The notes: generated by a model from the letters alone, not told the origin. Shown: positions 1 to 8,870, counted from the first letter of the stretch. The stretch: 48,489 nt of DNA from Dongiaceae bacterium (GCA_036493015.1 DASXQK010000220.1:1-48489); one strand, 5' to 3'. A program made the numbers and translations.

Positions 1-1
1 G

Positions 2-1024
2 GCAATCATTCCCTGGAACGCACCCCCGGTCCTGATTGCCTATAAATGCGCGCCGGCGCTGCTGGCCGGATGCACGATCATTCTCAAGGCATCGCCCGAA
101 GCGCCGGGCGCCGCCTATATGATCGCCGAGGTATGCGAAAAGGTCGGGCTGCCGGCAGGGGTGCTGAACATTGTGACAGCGGACCGTGCGGTCTCCGAAC
201 TGCTCGTTCGTCACCCGGGCATAGACAAGGTGACGTTCACCGGCTCAACGGCAGCAGGCCGTCGCATCGCCTCGATCTGCGGCGAGCGCATCGCGCGTTG
301 CACGCTCGAACTCGGCGGCAAGTCGGCGGCCGTGATCCTGGATGATTACGATGTCGAGAAGGCGGCGAAGACCATCGCCGGCAGAGCAACCTACCTGACC
401 GGGCAGGTTTGCTCATCGCTGACCCGTATCGTCGTCTCACAGAAGCGGCACGACGCCATGGTCGAGGCTCTCAGCGAGTCGTTCGGCAAGGTAAAGGTTG
501 GCAACCCGTTTGACGCGGCGACCGAGATGGGGCCGCTGGCCATGAGCCGCCAGCGTGACCGCGTCGAGGGCTATATCGCGAAGGGCAAGGCGGAGGGCGC
601 TACCCTGGCAGCGGGCGGGCGCCGGCCGGCACATCTGAACCGCGGCTACTTCATCGAGCCGACGGTGTTTGGCAATGTCGACAATCACTCGACCATCGCG
701 CGCGAGGAGATCTTTGGACCGGTGATCTCGGTTATATCGGCGACGGACGAAGCGAATGCAGTGCAGATCGCCAATGACACGATCTACGGGCTGAACGCCT
801 CTGTATTCACCAACGACAGCGATCGCGCCTACGCCACGGCGCGGCAACTGCGCTCGGGTACGGTCGGGCATAATTCCTTCCGCACCGACTTCAGCATCGC
901 CTTCGGCGGATTCAAGCAATCCGGCATCGGCCGCGAAGGCGGCACTGAAGGCCTGTTGAACTTCCTTGAAACCAAGACCGTGATTCTGGACGAGCTGCCG
1001 TCGACGGTAGGGCGCTTCGTCTAA
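2..1024 (+). CDS. NAD(P)-dependent aldehyde dehydrogenase, C-terminal ~340 aa (5' end cut by window edge)
   Basis: The frame is open from nt 2 (AIIPWNAP...), upstream of listed ORF 119..1024. It carries ALDH hallmarks LELGGKSA, GQVCSSLTR (catalytic Cys region) and EEIFGPV. Stop at 1022-1024. Confidence 0.9.
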   Translation, partial: AIIPWNAPPVLIAYKCAPALLAGCTIILKASPEAPGAAYMIAEVCEKVGLPAGVLNIVTADRAVSELLVRHPGIDKVTFTGSTAAGRRIASICGERIARCTLELGGKSAAVILDDYDVEKAAKTIAGRATYLTGQVCSSLTRIVVSQKRHDAMVEALSESFGKVKVGNPFDAATEMGPLAMSRQRDRVEGYIAKGKAEGATLAAGGRRPAHLNRGYFIEPTVFGNVDNHSTIAREEIFGPVISVISATDEANAVQIANDTIYGLNASVFTNDSDRAYATARQLRSGTVGHNSFRTDFSIAFGGFKQSGIGREGGTEGLLNFLETKTVILDELPSTVGRFV

Positions 1025-1124
1025 GAACTGAAACGCGAAATGCGGCGCGCCTTGTAGGCGGCTGACCGGCCGTGTGCGCGTCGCATGGCGCATGGCGTGG
1101 CAGCGTGCTCGGAACCAGCGATCT

Positions 1125-2267
1125 TCAGCGTCCGCCCGTCCGGTGCCGGTTCACCCGGCGCTCGAGCCGGCGGCTGTAGCTGGACATGCCGAAGCAGCAG
1201 ATGAAGAAAATGACCGCGGTGAAAACGTAGCCTTCCTTGGCGAGGCCGAGCCAGTTGGGATCCTTGAGCGCCAGGTTCACCGCGCCGAGCAGATCGACGA
1301 GGCCGATGATGGTGACCAGCGAGGTATCCTTGAACAGGTCGACGATGTTGTTGACGATACCTGGCACGACGATGCGCAGCGCCTGCGGCAGCGTTACAAA
1401 AACCTGCACCTGCCACCATTTCAGCCCGAGGGAATAGGCTGCCTCCTCCTGCTCCTCCGAAACGCCTTGCAGACCGCCGCGCACGGTCTCGGCCATGTAG
1501 GCGGCGTTGAACAGGGTGAATGCCACAATGGCCCGGATGAGGCGATCGACGCTGACACCGTAGGGCAGGAACAGCGGCACCATGACGGCCGACATGAATA
1601 AAACGGTCAAAAGAGGCACGCCGCGCCACAGCTCGATGAATCCGATCGAGAAGATCCGTATCACCGGCAGCTGGGAACGCCGGCCAAGAGCCAGCAAAAT
1701 ACCGAGCGGAATGGCGCCCGCCACCGTCACGAACGCGATAATGACGCAGAGCATCAATCCGCCCCAGTCGTCGCTGTCCACAAAGGGCAATCCGGCGACG
1801 CCGCCGGCCAGCAGGACGCCAGCCAGCAGCGGGAACAAGGTCAGCAGCAGGAAGACGAAGAGCCCGCGATGGCGCGTACGTTCGCGCATGACCGGCGCGA
1901 TGAATGCGATCATCAGCCCGGCGACGACGGCCAGCCGCCACAGCTGATCGTCGGGATAGTGCCCCCAGAAGAAAGTATGGAGCCGTTGCTTTATGAAGAC
2001 CCAGCAGGCGCCGTCGCCGGTGCAGTCGGCCCTGCTGCTGCCGGCAATCGTAGCGTCCCCGATCATCCAGTTGAAGAAGGGCGGAATAACCCACCAGAGC
2101 AGGGCCAGCACCAGCAGCGTCAAAACAGTGTTCGTGACCGAGCTGAAGAGGTTGCGCCGCAGCCAGTCGATCGCGCGGGCAGGGCCGGTGCGGGGTCCCT
2201 CGACGAAACCGTCGAGATCGCCACCCGGCGAAGCGGCCGCTTCCGCTGGGACTTCTTTTGCCCTCAC
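1125..2267 (-). CDS. aapM: General L-amino acid ABC transporter permease (AapM-like)
   Basis: 380 aa polytopic membrane protein with a His/Glu/Gln/Arg-type permease EAA loop (AAYMAETVRGGLQGVSEEQEEAAYSLGLKWWQ). It is the third gene of a J-Q-M order on the minus strand. Confidence 0.8.
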   Translation of the reverse strand: MRAKEVPAEAAASPGGDLDGFVEGPRTGPARAIDWLRRNLFSSVTNTVLTLLVLALLWWVIPPFFNWMIGDATIAGSSRADCTGDGACWVFIKQRLHTFFWGHYPDDQLWRLAVVAGLMIAFIAPVMRERTRHRGLFVFLLLTLFPLLAGVLLAGGVAGLPFVDSDDWGGLMLCVIIAFVTVAGAIPLGILLALGRRSQLPVIRIFSIGFIELWRGVPLLTVLFMSAVMVPLFLPYGVSVDRLIRAIVAFTLFNAAYMAETVRGGLQGVSEEQEEAAYSLGLKWWQVQVFVTLPQALRIVVPGIVNNIVDLFKDTSLVTIIGLVDLLGAVNLALKDPNWLGLAKEGYVFTAVIFFICCFGMSSYSRRLERRVNRHRTGGR

Positions 2268-2343
2268 GACAGGAGCAGCTGTGCCAGCTGCCAGCGCCGG
2301 GGGCCACCACTTGCGGATATCGCGGCAGGCCGTCCTAGCACGC

Positions 2344-3459
2344 TCAGTGCCTCACCAGGGCGACGCGCGAGTTATACCAATTCATGAAAGCCGAAAAGAG
2401 CAGATTGATGGTAAGGAAAACGGCCATCACGATGATGATCGTCTCGACCTCCTTGCCAGTGTGGTTCATCACCGTGCCGGCGAAGATCTGGAAGATGTCG
2501 GGATAGGCGACCACGGCGCCGAGCGTGCTGCTCTTGATCAGGTTCAGATACTGGCTGGTCAACTGCGGAACCATGATGCGCAGCGCCTGCGGCAGGACGA
2601 TCAGGAAGAGTACATGAGGCCGGCGCAGCCCGAGGGAGCGGGCGGCCTCGTGCTGGCCTTTGGCTACCGCCTCGATCGAGCTGCGCACAATCTCGGCAAT
2701 GAATGCCGTGGCATAGATCGTAAGTCCGGCCCACAAGGCCACCAGTTCGGGCGGAACCGGTACGCCGCCCAGGATATTGAACCCCTTGAGCGCCGGGAAC
2801 TCGACATGATTGATGCTGGCAATCAGTAGAATCAAGGCGGCGACCGGCAAAGCGAGCGCAAAGGCGCCAATGCGACGTCTCTTGAGACGCAATCGCCAGG
2901 CGAAGGGCGTTGCCACCAAAGCGAGAAAAGCAAGCCAGGGCAAGAGCGTGCCGCCTGCATTCATGATCAGGTTCGGCACGAAGAAACCGCGGACGTTCAG
3001 CAGGAAACCGCCGGGAATCTGCAAGCTCTGCCGTGGCGAAGGAAGCGCCTGCAGGACCGCGAAATACCAGAAGACGATCTGCAGAAGTTGCGGCGTGTTG
3101 CGCACAAATTCGATGAAGCAGAGCGCGATGTTGCGAACCAGCCAGTTGACCGAGAGCCGCATGATGCCGACGAGAAGGCCGAAAAGCGTTGCCGAGACGA
3201 TGCCCATGGCCGACACCAGAAGGGTGTTCAGCAGGCCGACGAGCAGCACCTTCGCGTAGGTGTCGGCGAGCGACCAGTCAATTATATGAAACGGGATGTC
3301 GAAGTTGGCTGGATGGAGGAGGAAGCCGAAGCCAAACGTCATGCTCCGGCGCGCGAGATTCGCGCCGAGAGTATTGATCAGGAGCCCGCCGACCACGAGG
3401 GCGACCAGCAGGAACACCCACTGGCCGACCTTAGCCGCGGGCGACGGGCGCCTGACCAT
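2344..3459 (-). CDS. aapQ: General L-amino acid ABC transporter permease (AapQ-like)
   Basis: 371 aa polytopic protein with EAA loop TAFIAEIVRSSIEAVAKGQHEAARSLGLRR. It lies between the binding-protein gene and the second permease gene. Confidence 0.8.
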   Translation of the reverse strand: MVRRPSPAAKVGQWVFLLVALVVGGLLINTLGANLARRSMTFGFGFLLHPANFDIPFHIIDWSLADTYAKVLLVGLLNTLLVSAMGIVSATLFGLLVGIMRLSVNWLVRNIALCFIEFVRNTPQLLQIVFWYFAVLQALPSPRQSLQIPGGFLLNVRGFFVPNLIMNAGGTLLPWLAFLALVATPFAWRLRLKRRRIGAFALALPVAALILLIASINHVEFPALKGFNILGGVPVPPELVALWAGLTIYATAFIAEIVRSSIEAVAKGQHEAARSLGLRRPHVLFLIVLPQALRIMVPQLTSQYLNLIKSSTLGAVVAYPDIFQIFAGTVMNHTGKEVETIIIVMAVFLTINLLFSAFMNWYNSRVALVRH

Positions 3460-3484
3460 TACGATGCTCGAACGCTACGCTGGC

Positions 3485-4519
3485 TTAGCGCCAGGACAGC
3501 GGATACTGCAATCCACCGTTGTTATAAAGGTTGTTCCAGCCGCGCGGCAGTTCCAGCGGGCCGAAATACTTGTCGTAGTTCTCGCCGTAATTGCCCACGG
3601 CCTTGACGATGTTGTAGGCCCAGGCGTTGTCGACGCCGAGGTATTTCCCGAAGTCACCCTCCAGGCCCAGGAAGCCGCGCACTTCAGGATTGGTTGCGCT
3701 CGCCTTGATCTGGTCGACATTCGCCTGGGTGATGCCCAGGACTTCCGCCTCCAGCATGGCGTAGTGCACCCACTTCACGAGAATTGACCAGCGCTCGTCG
3801 CCCTGGCGACACAACGAGCCCAGAAATTCCCGCGAGATCAGCTCGGGCAGAATGACCCAATCCTTCGGGGCCTTCATCGCCGAGCGAGCGGCCGCGACAC
3901 TTCCGCCGTCATCGGTATAACCATCGCAGCGCCCGGCCTCGGCGGCGGCAAAGGCCTCTTCGGGCTTTTCGAACAGCAGGGTATTGATCTTGATGTTATT
4001 GGCACGGCCGTAATCGGCGATGTTGAGTTCCAGTGTCGTGCCGGTCAGCACGCAGACCGTGGCGCCGTTCAGGTCCTTTACGTGGGCGACGCCCAGGGAC
4101 TTCCTCACCATGAATGCCTGTCCGGTGAAGAAGTTGACGGCGCCGGTTGCAAGACCGAGGTCGGAGTTGCGCGAGAGCGTGTGCGTCGAATCGCGGATCA
4201 GCACGTCGATCTCGCCCGATTGCAGCACGGAGAAGCGAACCTTCGCGGTCGTGCCGACATACTTGACCTTATTAGGGTCGCCCAGCACTGCCGCGGCGAT
4301 CGCCTGACAATAGGCGATATCGAGCCCTTGCCACTTGCCGGCAGCGTCCTGGAACGCGAAGCCGGGAATGCCGGTATCGACACCGCAGATCAGTTGGTCT
4401 CGTTTCTTGATGGCATCGAGGGTTGGGCTGTTGAAGTCAGCCCAAGCCCCGCTGGCAAAGCCGAGCGTGAACACCGCGAGGGCGGCACACGCAATGAATC
4501 TGGCGACGTATCGGTTCAT
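3485..4519 (-). CDS. aapJ: Periplasmic general L-amino acid-binding protein (AapJ-like, family 3 SBP)
   Basis: 344 aa with an N-terminal signal peptide (ACAALAVFTLGFASGAWA). Its length and sequence are typical of AapJ/BztA-type binding proteins, and it is the first gene of the J-Q-M cluster. Confidence 0.8.
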   Translation of the reverse strand: MNRYVARFIACAALAVFTLGFASGAWADFNSPTLDAIKKRDQLICGVDTGIPGFAFQDAAGKWQGLDIAYCQAIAAAVLGDPNKVKYVGTTAKVRFSVLQSGEIDVLIRDSTHTLSRNSDLGLATGAVNFFTGQAFMVRKSLGVAHVKDLNGATVCVLTGTTLELNIADYGRANNIKINTLLFEKPEEAFAAAEAGRCDGYTDDGGSVAAARSAMKAPKDWVILPELISREFLGSLCRQGDERWSILVKWVHYAMLEAEVLGITQANVDQIKASATNPEVRGFLGLEGDFGKYLGVDNAWAYNIVKAVGNYGENYDKYFGPLELPRGWNNLYNNGGLQYPLSWR

Positions 4520-5003
4520 GAGGTATCCCCCTGTGTGTGTTGACTTCTATTGCGAGCCCCCAGTTCTTCCTGCTGGGATTGTCTCCAGTCGCCCGCGCGG
4601 CGTGATCAGTCGCCGGGCGAAGGTGGGTGCCCACCGCGCAAGAGCATAGTGGTCAACCCCCCGATCTGTCATCAGGCGTTGAGATGCAAGGGCATCTGGC
4701 ATTGCGGGCGCGCGTTGACTGGCGGGCAGGCGGTGGCGCCGTCAGTCTGTAGCCCACTGCGAGCAGCGGATACCCTTAGCGATCTTGCGAGACGTCGGGG
4801 GTCATCACACGATTGCGCCGGATTCGCAATGTGTGGCGGTGCCACGCGGGGGCAGCTTCGAGCGAATACATGTCTGGAAAGATTGAGGTTTCCGATTTCA
4901 GCTGCGTCTACACTGGCTGACGCCGGCGGCCGTACCTTCAGGCTCGGGGGCCAAGATCATGCGTCCGGCGATTTTCGCAAACAGGCTTCGATACTGAATG
5001 GCC

Positions 5004-5468
5004 CTACCGAAGGGGGATGTTCAGCTCGAAGCCCACGGCCGGCGGCGCGTAATCATCCGGCTGAGGTGGGTAATAGCCCTGCGCAGGGGGATAATAGTCC
5101 TGCGGAGGGGGATAGTAGCCCTGTGGGGGCGGGTAATAGGATTGCGGAGGGTAGTAATAGGCTGGCGGCGGCGGGGCGTAGTAAGCCGGGCCGCCGAAGT
5201 AGAGGCTGAAGCTTCCCCCACCATAGCCCCCGCCGCCATAACCATTGTTCCAGCCCTGATTGCCGCCCCAGCCACCGCCGTGCCAATTGTTGCCGCCGCC
5301 CCAGCCGCCGCCGTTATGCCAGTTTTGGCCGCCGCCTTGGTTGCCACCGCCATGGCGAGACCAGTCGTCCGGGTTTTCGGCGCGAGCGGCACTCAAAGGC
5401 ACGAGAACTACCAATCCGGCCAATGCACTAACGATGGCAAGGTGCCGCAATCTAAAAAACCCAGGCAT
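5004..5468 (-). CDS. Secreted low-complexity protein (Gly/Trp/Asn-rich block followed by YYPPPQx heptad repeats)
   Basis: 154 aa with signal peptide MPGFFRLRHLAIVSALAGLVVLVPLSAARA. It continues with a GGGNQGGGQNWHNGGGWGGG... block and then five YYPP(P/A)Q(G/D/S) heptads. All frames are open here because of the repeat, and this frame is the only one with a signal peptide. Confidence 0.6.
   Translation of the reverse strand: MPGFFRLRHLAIVSALAGLVVLVPLSAARAENPDDWSRHGGGNQGGGQNWHNGGGWGGGNNWHGGGWGGNQGWNNGYGGGGYGGGSFSLYFGGPAYYAPPPPAYYYPPQSYYPPPQGYYPPPQDYYPPAQGYYPPQPDDYAPPAVGFELNIPLR
5068..5172. repeat. Five tandem 21-nt units (coding the YYPPxQx heptads of the 5004..5468 gene)
   Basis: Plus-strand units are gggtaatagccctgcgcaggg, ggataatagtcctgcggaggg, ggatagtagccctgtgggggc, gggtaataggattgcggaggg and tagtaataggctggcggcggc, read directly from the sequence. 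Confidence 0.8.
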
Positions 5469-5636
5469 GGAACGCTCCCGATTTAGTCCGTTGCCGCGAT
5501 ATGTCTCGCATCAATCACGCAGGACGGGTGCAGTTCCTGCGCAAAACAGGGCTGGGCCGTCTACGGTTTTGCAAACAAGGCCGGAAAGCCGCAGGCGCAA
5601 GCTGGGGTGGGACCGAAAGTAGAAAGCTGTCCGGTC

Positions 5637-5954
5637 TTAAGCCGCCATGCCGAAACGGCCGCGGATGTCGGTTGCGGTGATGAAGACGACGCCGCCGTCC
5701 GGCGCTCTCGCGATGACGGCATTCAGTTCCTGCAACAGCGCCGGGACGCTGGCACGGAAGGCGCGCAGAACATCATCGCGGGTCTCACTGGCGGGCTCGC
5801 AGACCTTCGCGATCGCCGACAGCCGGATATCCAGCATCACGCAGCCGGTTTCGCGAAAGATCGTAAGGCGAATACGCGGCTCCAGATTGGCCGATCGCGC
5901 GATATAGCGAAGGTCGACCTGTGGGGGCAGCCGAAGGGTTCCAATGTATTGCAT
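5637..5954 (-). CDS. Hypothetical protein, ~105 aa (possibly DUF1488-like)
   Basis: I chose the internal ATG at 5954 (MQYIGTLRLPP...) over the longer listed ORF to 6083. The overall pattern (beta-rich N half, then LRAFRASVPALLQELNAVIARA helix) faintly recalls DUF1488, with no strong motif. Confidence 0.4.
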   Translation of the reverse strand: MQYIGTLRLPPQVDLRYIARSANLEPRIRLTIFRETGCVMLDIRLSAIAKVCEPASETRDDVLRAFRASVPALLQELNAVIARAPDGGVVFITATDIRGRFGMAA

Positions 5955-6248
5955 GGCCCAAGCGTATCCCGCCGCCCAGCCGTGGCAATAGCGTCGTGCT
6001 GTTACAAGCTGTGGCATTTTGGTGAACGAGGCGGAACCCGTGTCTGGTCTGCTTGTTACGCACAGAACGGTTTTCCGCGACACATTGCCGGGACGTGGGC
6101 GGATCCGAACATGGCAGCGAAGTATTTTGACCGGCCGCCCGCTCTGCCTTAGGCAATGCTTTAAGTGGTGGATGAATCCTCTTTATACGCCTTGCTTAAC
6201 TGGCTTGCGCTAATCTCACGGAATCATGACATCCAGCATTGAGCGAAC

Positions 6249-7964
6249 ATGGGGATAGTCGAGCTTCTTGAACGGAGCCTGGCTATGGATGCGGGACTGG
6301 CAGCCCGGGCGGGGGGCCTGTTTCTCGCTCCGTTCGTGCATGAAAATATCGCCATCGTCAGCGCTGCGATCCTGATCGCCAGCCACCAACTGCCGCGCTG
6401 GATTGCCTTCACGAGCCTGTTCGGCGGCATGACGACCAGCGATCTGGCGCTCTATGGCATCGGCGCGCTGGCGCGCCGCAATCCTCGTCTGCGGCGGTTC
6501 TTCCTCGGTCGCGGCGATCCGCGCCTCTCCTCGCTCATGCGCGATAATATGGAACTGACGGTGATCGGCGCGCGGCTTGTCCCGGGCATGATTTTTCCCA
6601 GCTATGTCGCCTGCGGCTGGGTGGGACTGCCGTTCCGGCGTTTTTTCATTCTTTGCCTCGCCTCTGCTGCCATCTATCTGCCGCTGGCGCTCTCCCTGGC
6701 GCTCGCTTATGGCGAAGCGACCACGCGCTACTTCGGCTATTGGGGCTGGGCCGGCCTGATCGTTCCGGTGATCGCCGCTGGAATCATCGGCAGCCGGGTA
6801 TTCGCCCGCAGGGCCACCGCAGCCGGGGCAGATGAAACGCGGACGGCCGAGCCGGCGAGGGCAGCGTCCGGCCGCCCTGAAAGCGATGCTATCTTTCCCA
6901 ACAGCCGCCGCGCCTATTCGCCATTCGAATTCTGGCCCGGTTTCGTCTTCTATACGCCGGTCTATCTCTATCTGCTGTGGCAGGGACTTCGTCATCGAAG
7001 CCTGACGCTTCCCGCACTCGCCAATCCGGCGATGGAAAACGGCGGCCTGTGGGGCGAATCTAAGCGCGATCTGTTCGAAAGCCTTGGCGGCAGCGGACGG
7101 CAATGGCTGGCGCCTTATGTCAGCCTGCGGCGTGGCGGCCCAAGCGATGCGGGCCGCGACGTCGACGATGCCCTGGCGCAAAGCGCCGACGCCGGTATTG
7201 CGCTTCCGTTCATTGCCAAGCCGGATATCGGCTGCCAGGGAAATGGCGTACGGATCATCGAAGATCGCGATCAGCTTTATCGCTATCTCGCTGCCTTCCC
7301 GCCGGGGCAAAGGCTGATTGTCCAGCAACTCGTCGACAAGCCGGGTGAGGCCGGCGTCTTCTATTTTCGCTATCCGGGCGAGGCGCGCGGGCGAATCTCC
7401 TCCCTTACCCTTAAATTCGCTCCGTCGGTGAGGGGCGACGGCCTATCGACCATCGAAAAGCTGATCCGCGCCGACAGGCGCGCCGGCCGGATTGCTCCGC
7501 TCTATCTCAAGCGCCTGGGGCAGGATGCGCGGCGGATTCCTGCCGAGGGCGAAGAGGTGCGGCTGGTCTTCGTCGGCAATCACTGCAAGGGATCCATCTT
7601 CCGAGACGGCGGCAGGCTGGTGACGCCGGCCCTTACACGACGGATCGACGATATCGCGCGCTGCATTCCCGATTTCTACTTCGGCCGCTTCGATCTGCGC
7701 TTTTCCTCGCTCGCCGGCCTGCAGGCGGGGGAGGATCTGACCCTCATCGAATTCAACGGCAGCGGCAGCGAGGCGACCCATGTCTGGGACGCCGATATGA
7801 GCCTTGTCAGCGCCTATCGCGACCTGTTCCGCCAGATGCGGATCATGTTCGCCATCGGTGCTGAAAATCGGCGCAAAGGTCATCGGGCGGAGCGTTGGGA
7901 CAGGATGCTGCGGGCACTCTGGCAGCAATCGCGCCTGATGAAACGCTATCCGGCCAATCAGTAA
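6249..7964 (+). CDS. Fusion protein: N-terminal multi-TM domain (DedA/VTT-like) plus C-terminal ATP-grasp ligase domain
   Basis: 571 aa. Residues ~1-190 form 4-5 hydrophobic helices. The C-terminal ~330 aa show ATP-grasp features (FIAKPDIGCQGNGVRII, VQQLVDKPGEAGVFYF, LIEFNGSGSEATHVWD). The antisense ORF 6216..7328 is judged a shadow. Confidence 0.7.
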   Translation: MGIVELLERSLAMDAGLAARAGGLFLAPFVHENIAIVSAAILIASHQLPRWIAFTSLFGGMTTSDLALYGIGALARRNPRLRRFFLGRGDPRLSSLMRDNMELTVIGARLVPGMIFPSYVACGWVGLPFRRFFILCLASAAIYLPLALSLALAYGEATTRYFGYWGWAGLIVPVIAAGIIGSRVFARRATAAGADETRTAEPARAASGRPESDAIFPNSRRAYSPFEFWPGFVFYTPVYLYLLWQGLRHRSLTLPALANPAMENGGLWGESKRDLFESLGGSGRQWLAPYVSLRRGGPSDAGRDVDDALAQSADAGIALPFIAKPDIGCQGNGVRIIEDRDQLYRYLAAFPPGQRLIVQQLVDKPGEAGVFYFRYPGEARGRISSLTLKFAPSVRGDGLSTIEKLIRADRRAGRIAPLYLKRLGQDARRIPAEGEEVRLVFVGNHCKGSIFRDGGRLVTPALTRRIDDIARCIPDFYFGRFDLRFSSLAGLQAGEDLTLIEFNGSGSEATHVWDADMSLVSAYRDLFRQMRIMFAIGAENRRKGHRAERWDRMLRALWQQSRLMKRYPANQ

Positions 7965-8040
7965 CAGCAGCCGAACTCGGCTATCCAAACTTGGCTATAA
8001 TGCGGTCGGGCCGCACTTCGCGGCGGGGGAGGTTCGCTCA

Positions 8041-8262
8041 ATGATGGCGGCTGTATTCGCGACCATGCTGCTGAGTGTGGCGATCGGCTGGTTCGGCCAT
8101 CGCACCCTGGCGCTGGCCTGTTTCGGCATTTGTCTGGCGCTCTCGCTCGGCCTTTTTCTCTACGAGGTCTATAGCCCGGATTACGGATTCCGCATGCCCT
8201 GGCTGCAGGTCGAGCGTCATGACGCGCCCCCCGCCAGGCTAATGGCGGAGATTCCGTCATGA
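8041..8262 (+). CDS. Small 2-TM membrane protein (DUF5993-like partner of DsbB-family proteins)
   Basis: 73 aa with two hydrophobic helices. Its stop overlaps the start of the next gene (ATGA at 8259-8262). Confidence 0.55.
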   Translation: MMAAVFATMLLSVAIGWFGHRTLALACFGICLALSLGLFLYEVYSPDYGFRMPWLQVERHDAPPARLMAEIPS

Positions 8263-8870
8263 TCTTTGAGGAAGTGCTCGAGCCGCCCTCGCGCGCCACG
8301 GCCTGGCTAAACTATGCGGCACTGCTGCTGACCATGATCGCGGCCGCCGGCATCCTGACCGCGGCACTCTATTTCCAATACACCGCCGCCGAGCTTCCTT
8401 GCCCCTTGTGCCTGTTGCAGCGCGTGGCGCTGTTTGGCGTGTGCTTTGGCGCCATGCTCAGTTTCCGGCACGGGTTTTCCTATGCCAATAGCGGCATCAG
8501 CCTGATCTTCTCCGTCTTCCTTCTGATCGTCTCGGCCCGGCAAAGCCTGCTGGATATCTATCCGCGGCCGGGTCACGCTTATGTCGGCAGCGCGGTCCTG
8601 GGCCTGCACATGCCGGTCTGGTCGGCACTGATCGCGCTGGCGCTGCTGATCGGCCAGGCAATTCAGTTGGCGCTGTTTGGCGGCAGCCGCCGCGTGCTGG
8701 ATACGCATGTGCGTGTTTTTCCCGTGATCGCCGCCGTGGCGACGCTGGTCAGCCTTTATGTCATCGCGCTCTGTGCGGCCAACCTTGTTTCGGTCGTCCT
8801 GCAATGCGGGATCGACCAGTGCCATACCTTCGGGTATGAGCTTTTGTCGCCGCCGCCCAATTCGCCCTGA
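8259..8870 (+). CDS. Disulfide bond formation protein B (DsbB) family protein, atypical cysteine layout
   Basis: 203 aa with CPLC after TM1 followed by LLQR, as in DsbB. About 5 TM helices are predicted, and the second Cys pair (QCGIDQC) is in the C-terminal tail. Confidence 0.65.
   Translation: MIFEEVLEPPSRATAWLNYAALLLTMIAAAGILTAALYFQYTAAELPCPLCLLQRVALFGVCFGAMLSFRHGFSYANSGISLIFSVFLLIVSARQSLLDIYPRPGHAYVGSAVLGLHMPVWSALIALALLIGQAIQLALFGGSRRVLDTHVRVFPVIAAVATLVSLYVIALCAANLVSVVLQCGIDQCHTFGYELLSPPPNSP

Noticed and set aside
4695-4860. Sigma-54-like strings lie upstream of aapJ: TGGCAT...GC on the plus strand near 4697, and TGGCAC...TTGC on the minus strand near 4831-4855.
   Set aside because: For the plus-strand string, the -12 element does not fit the TGGCAC-N5-TTGC consensus and no gene lies in that orientation. 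For the minus-strand string, the spacing between the elements is wrong.
6216-7328. Long ORFs antisense to, or frame-shifted within, confidently called genes. Examples are 6216..7328(-), 1021..2310(-), 21055..22629(+), 30470..31552(-), 38915..40354(+), 10556..11590(+), 41828..42925(+) and 18199..19059(+).
   Set aside because: Their translations are Arg/Ala/Gly/Pro-rich with no motifs. They overlap genes that have clear family signatures. Such shadow ORFs are expected in DNA of this GC content.
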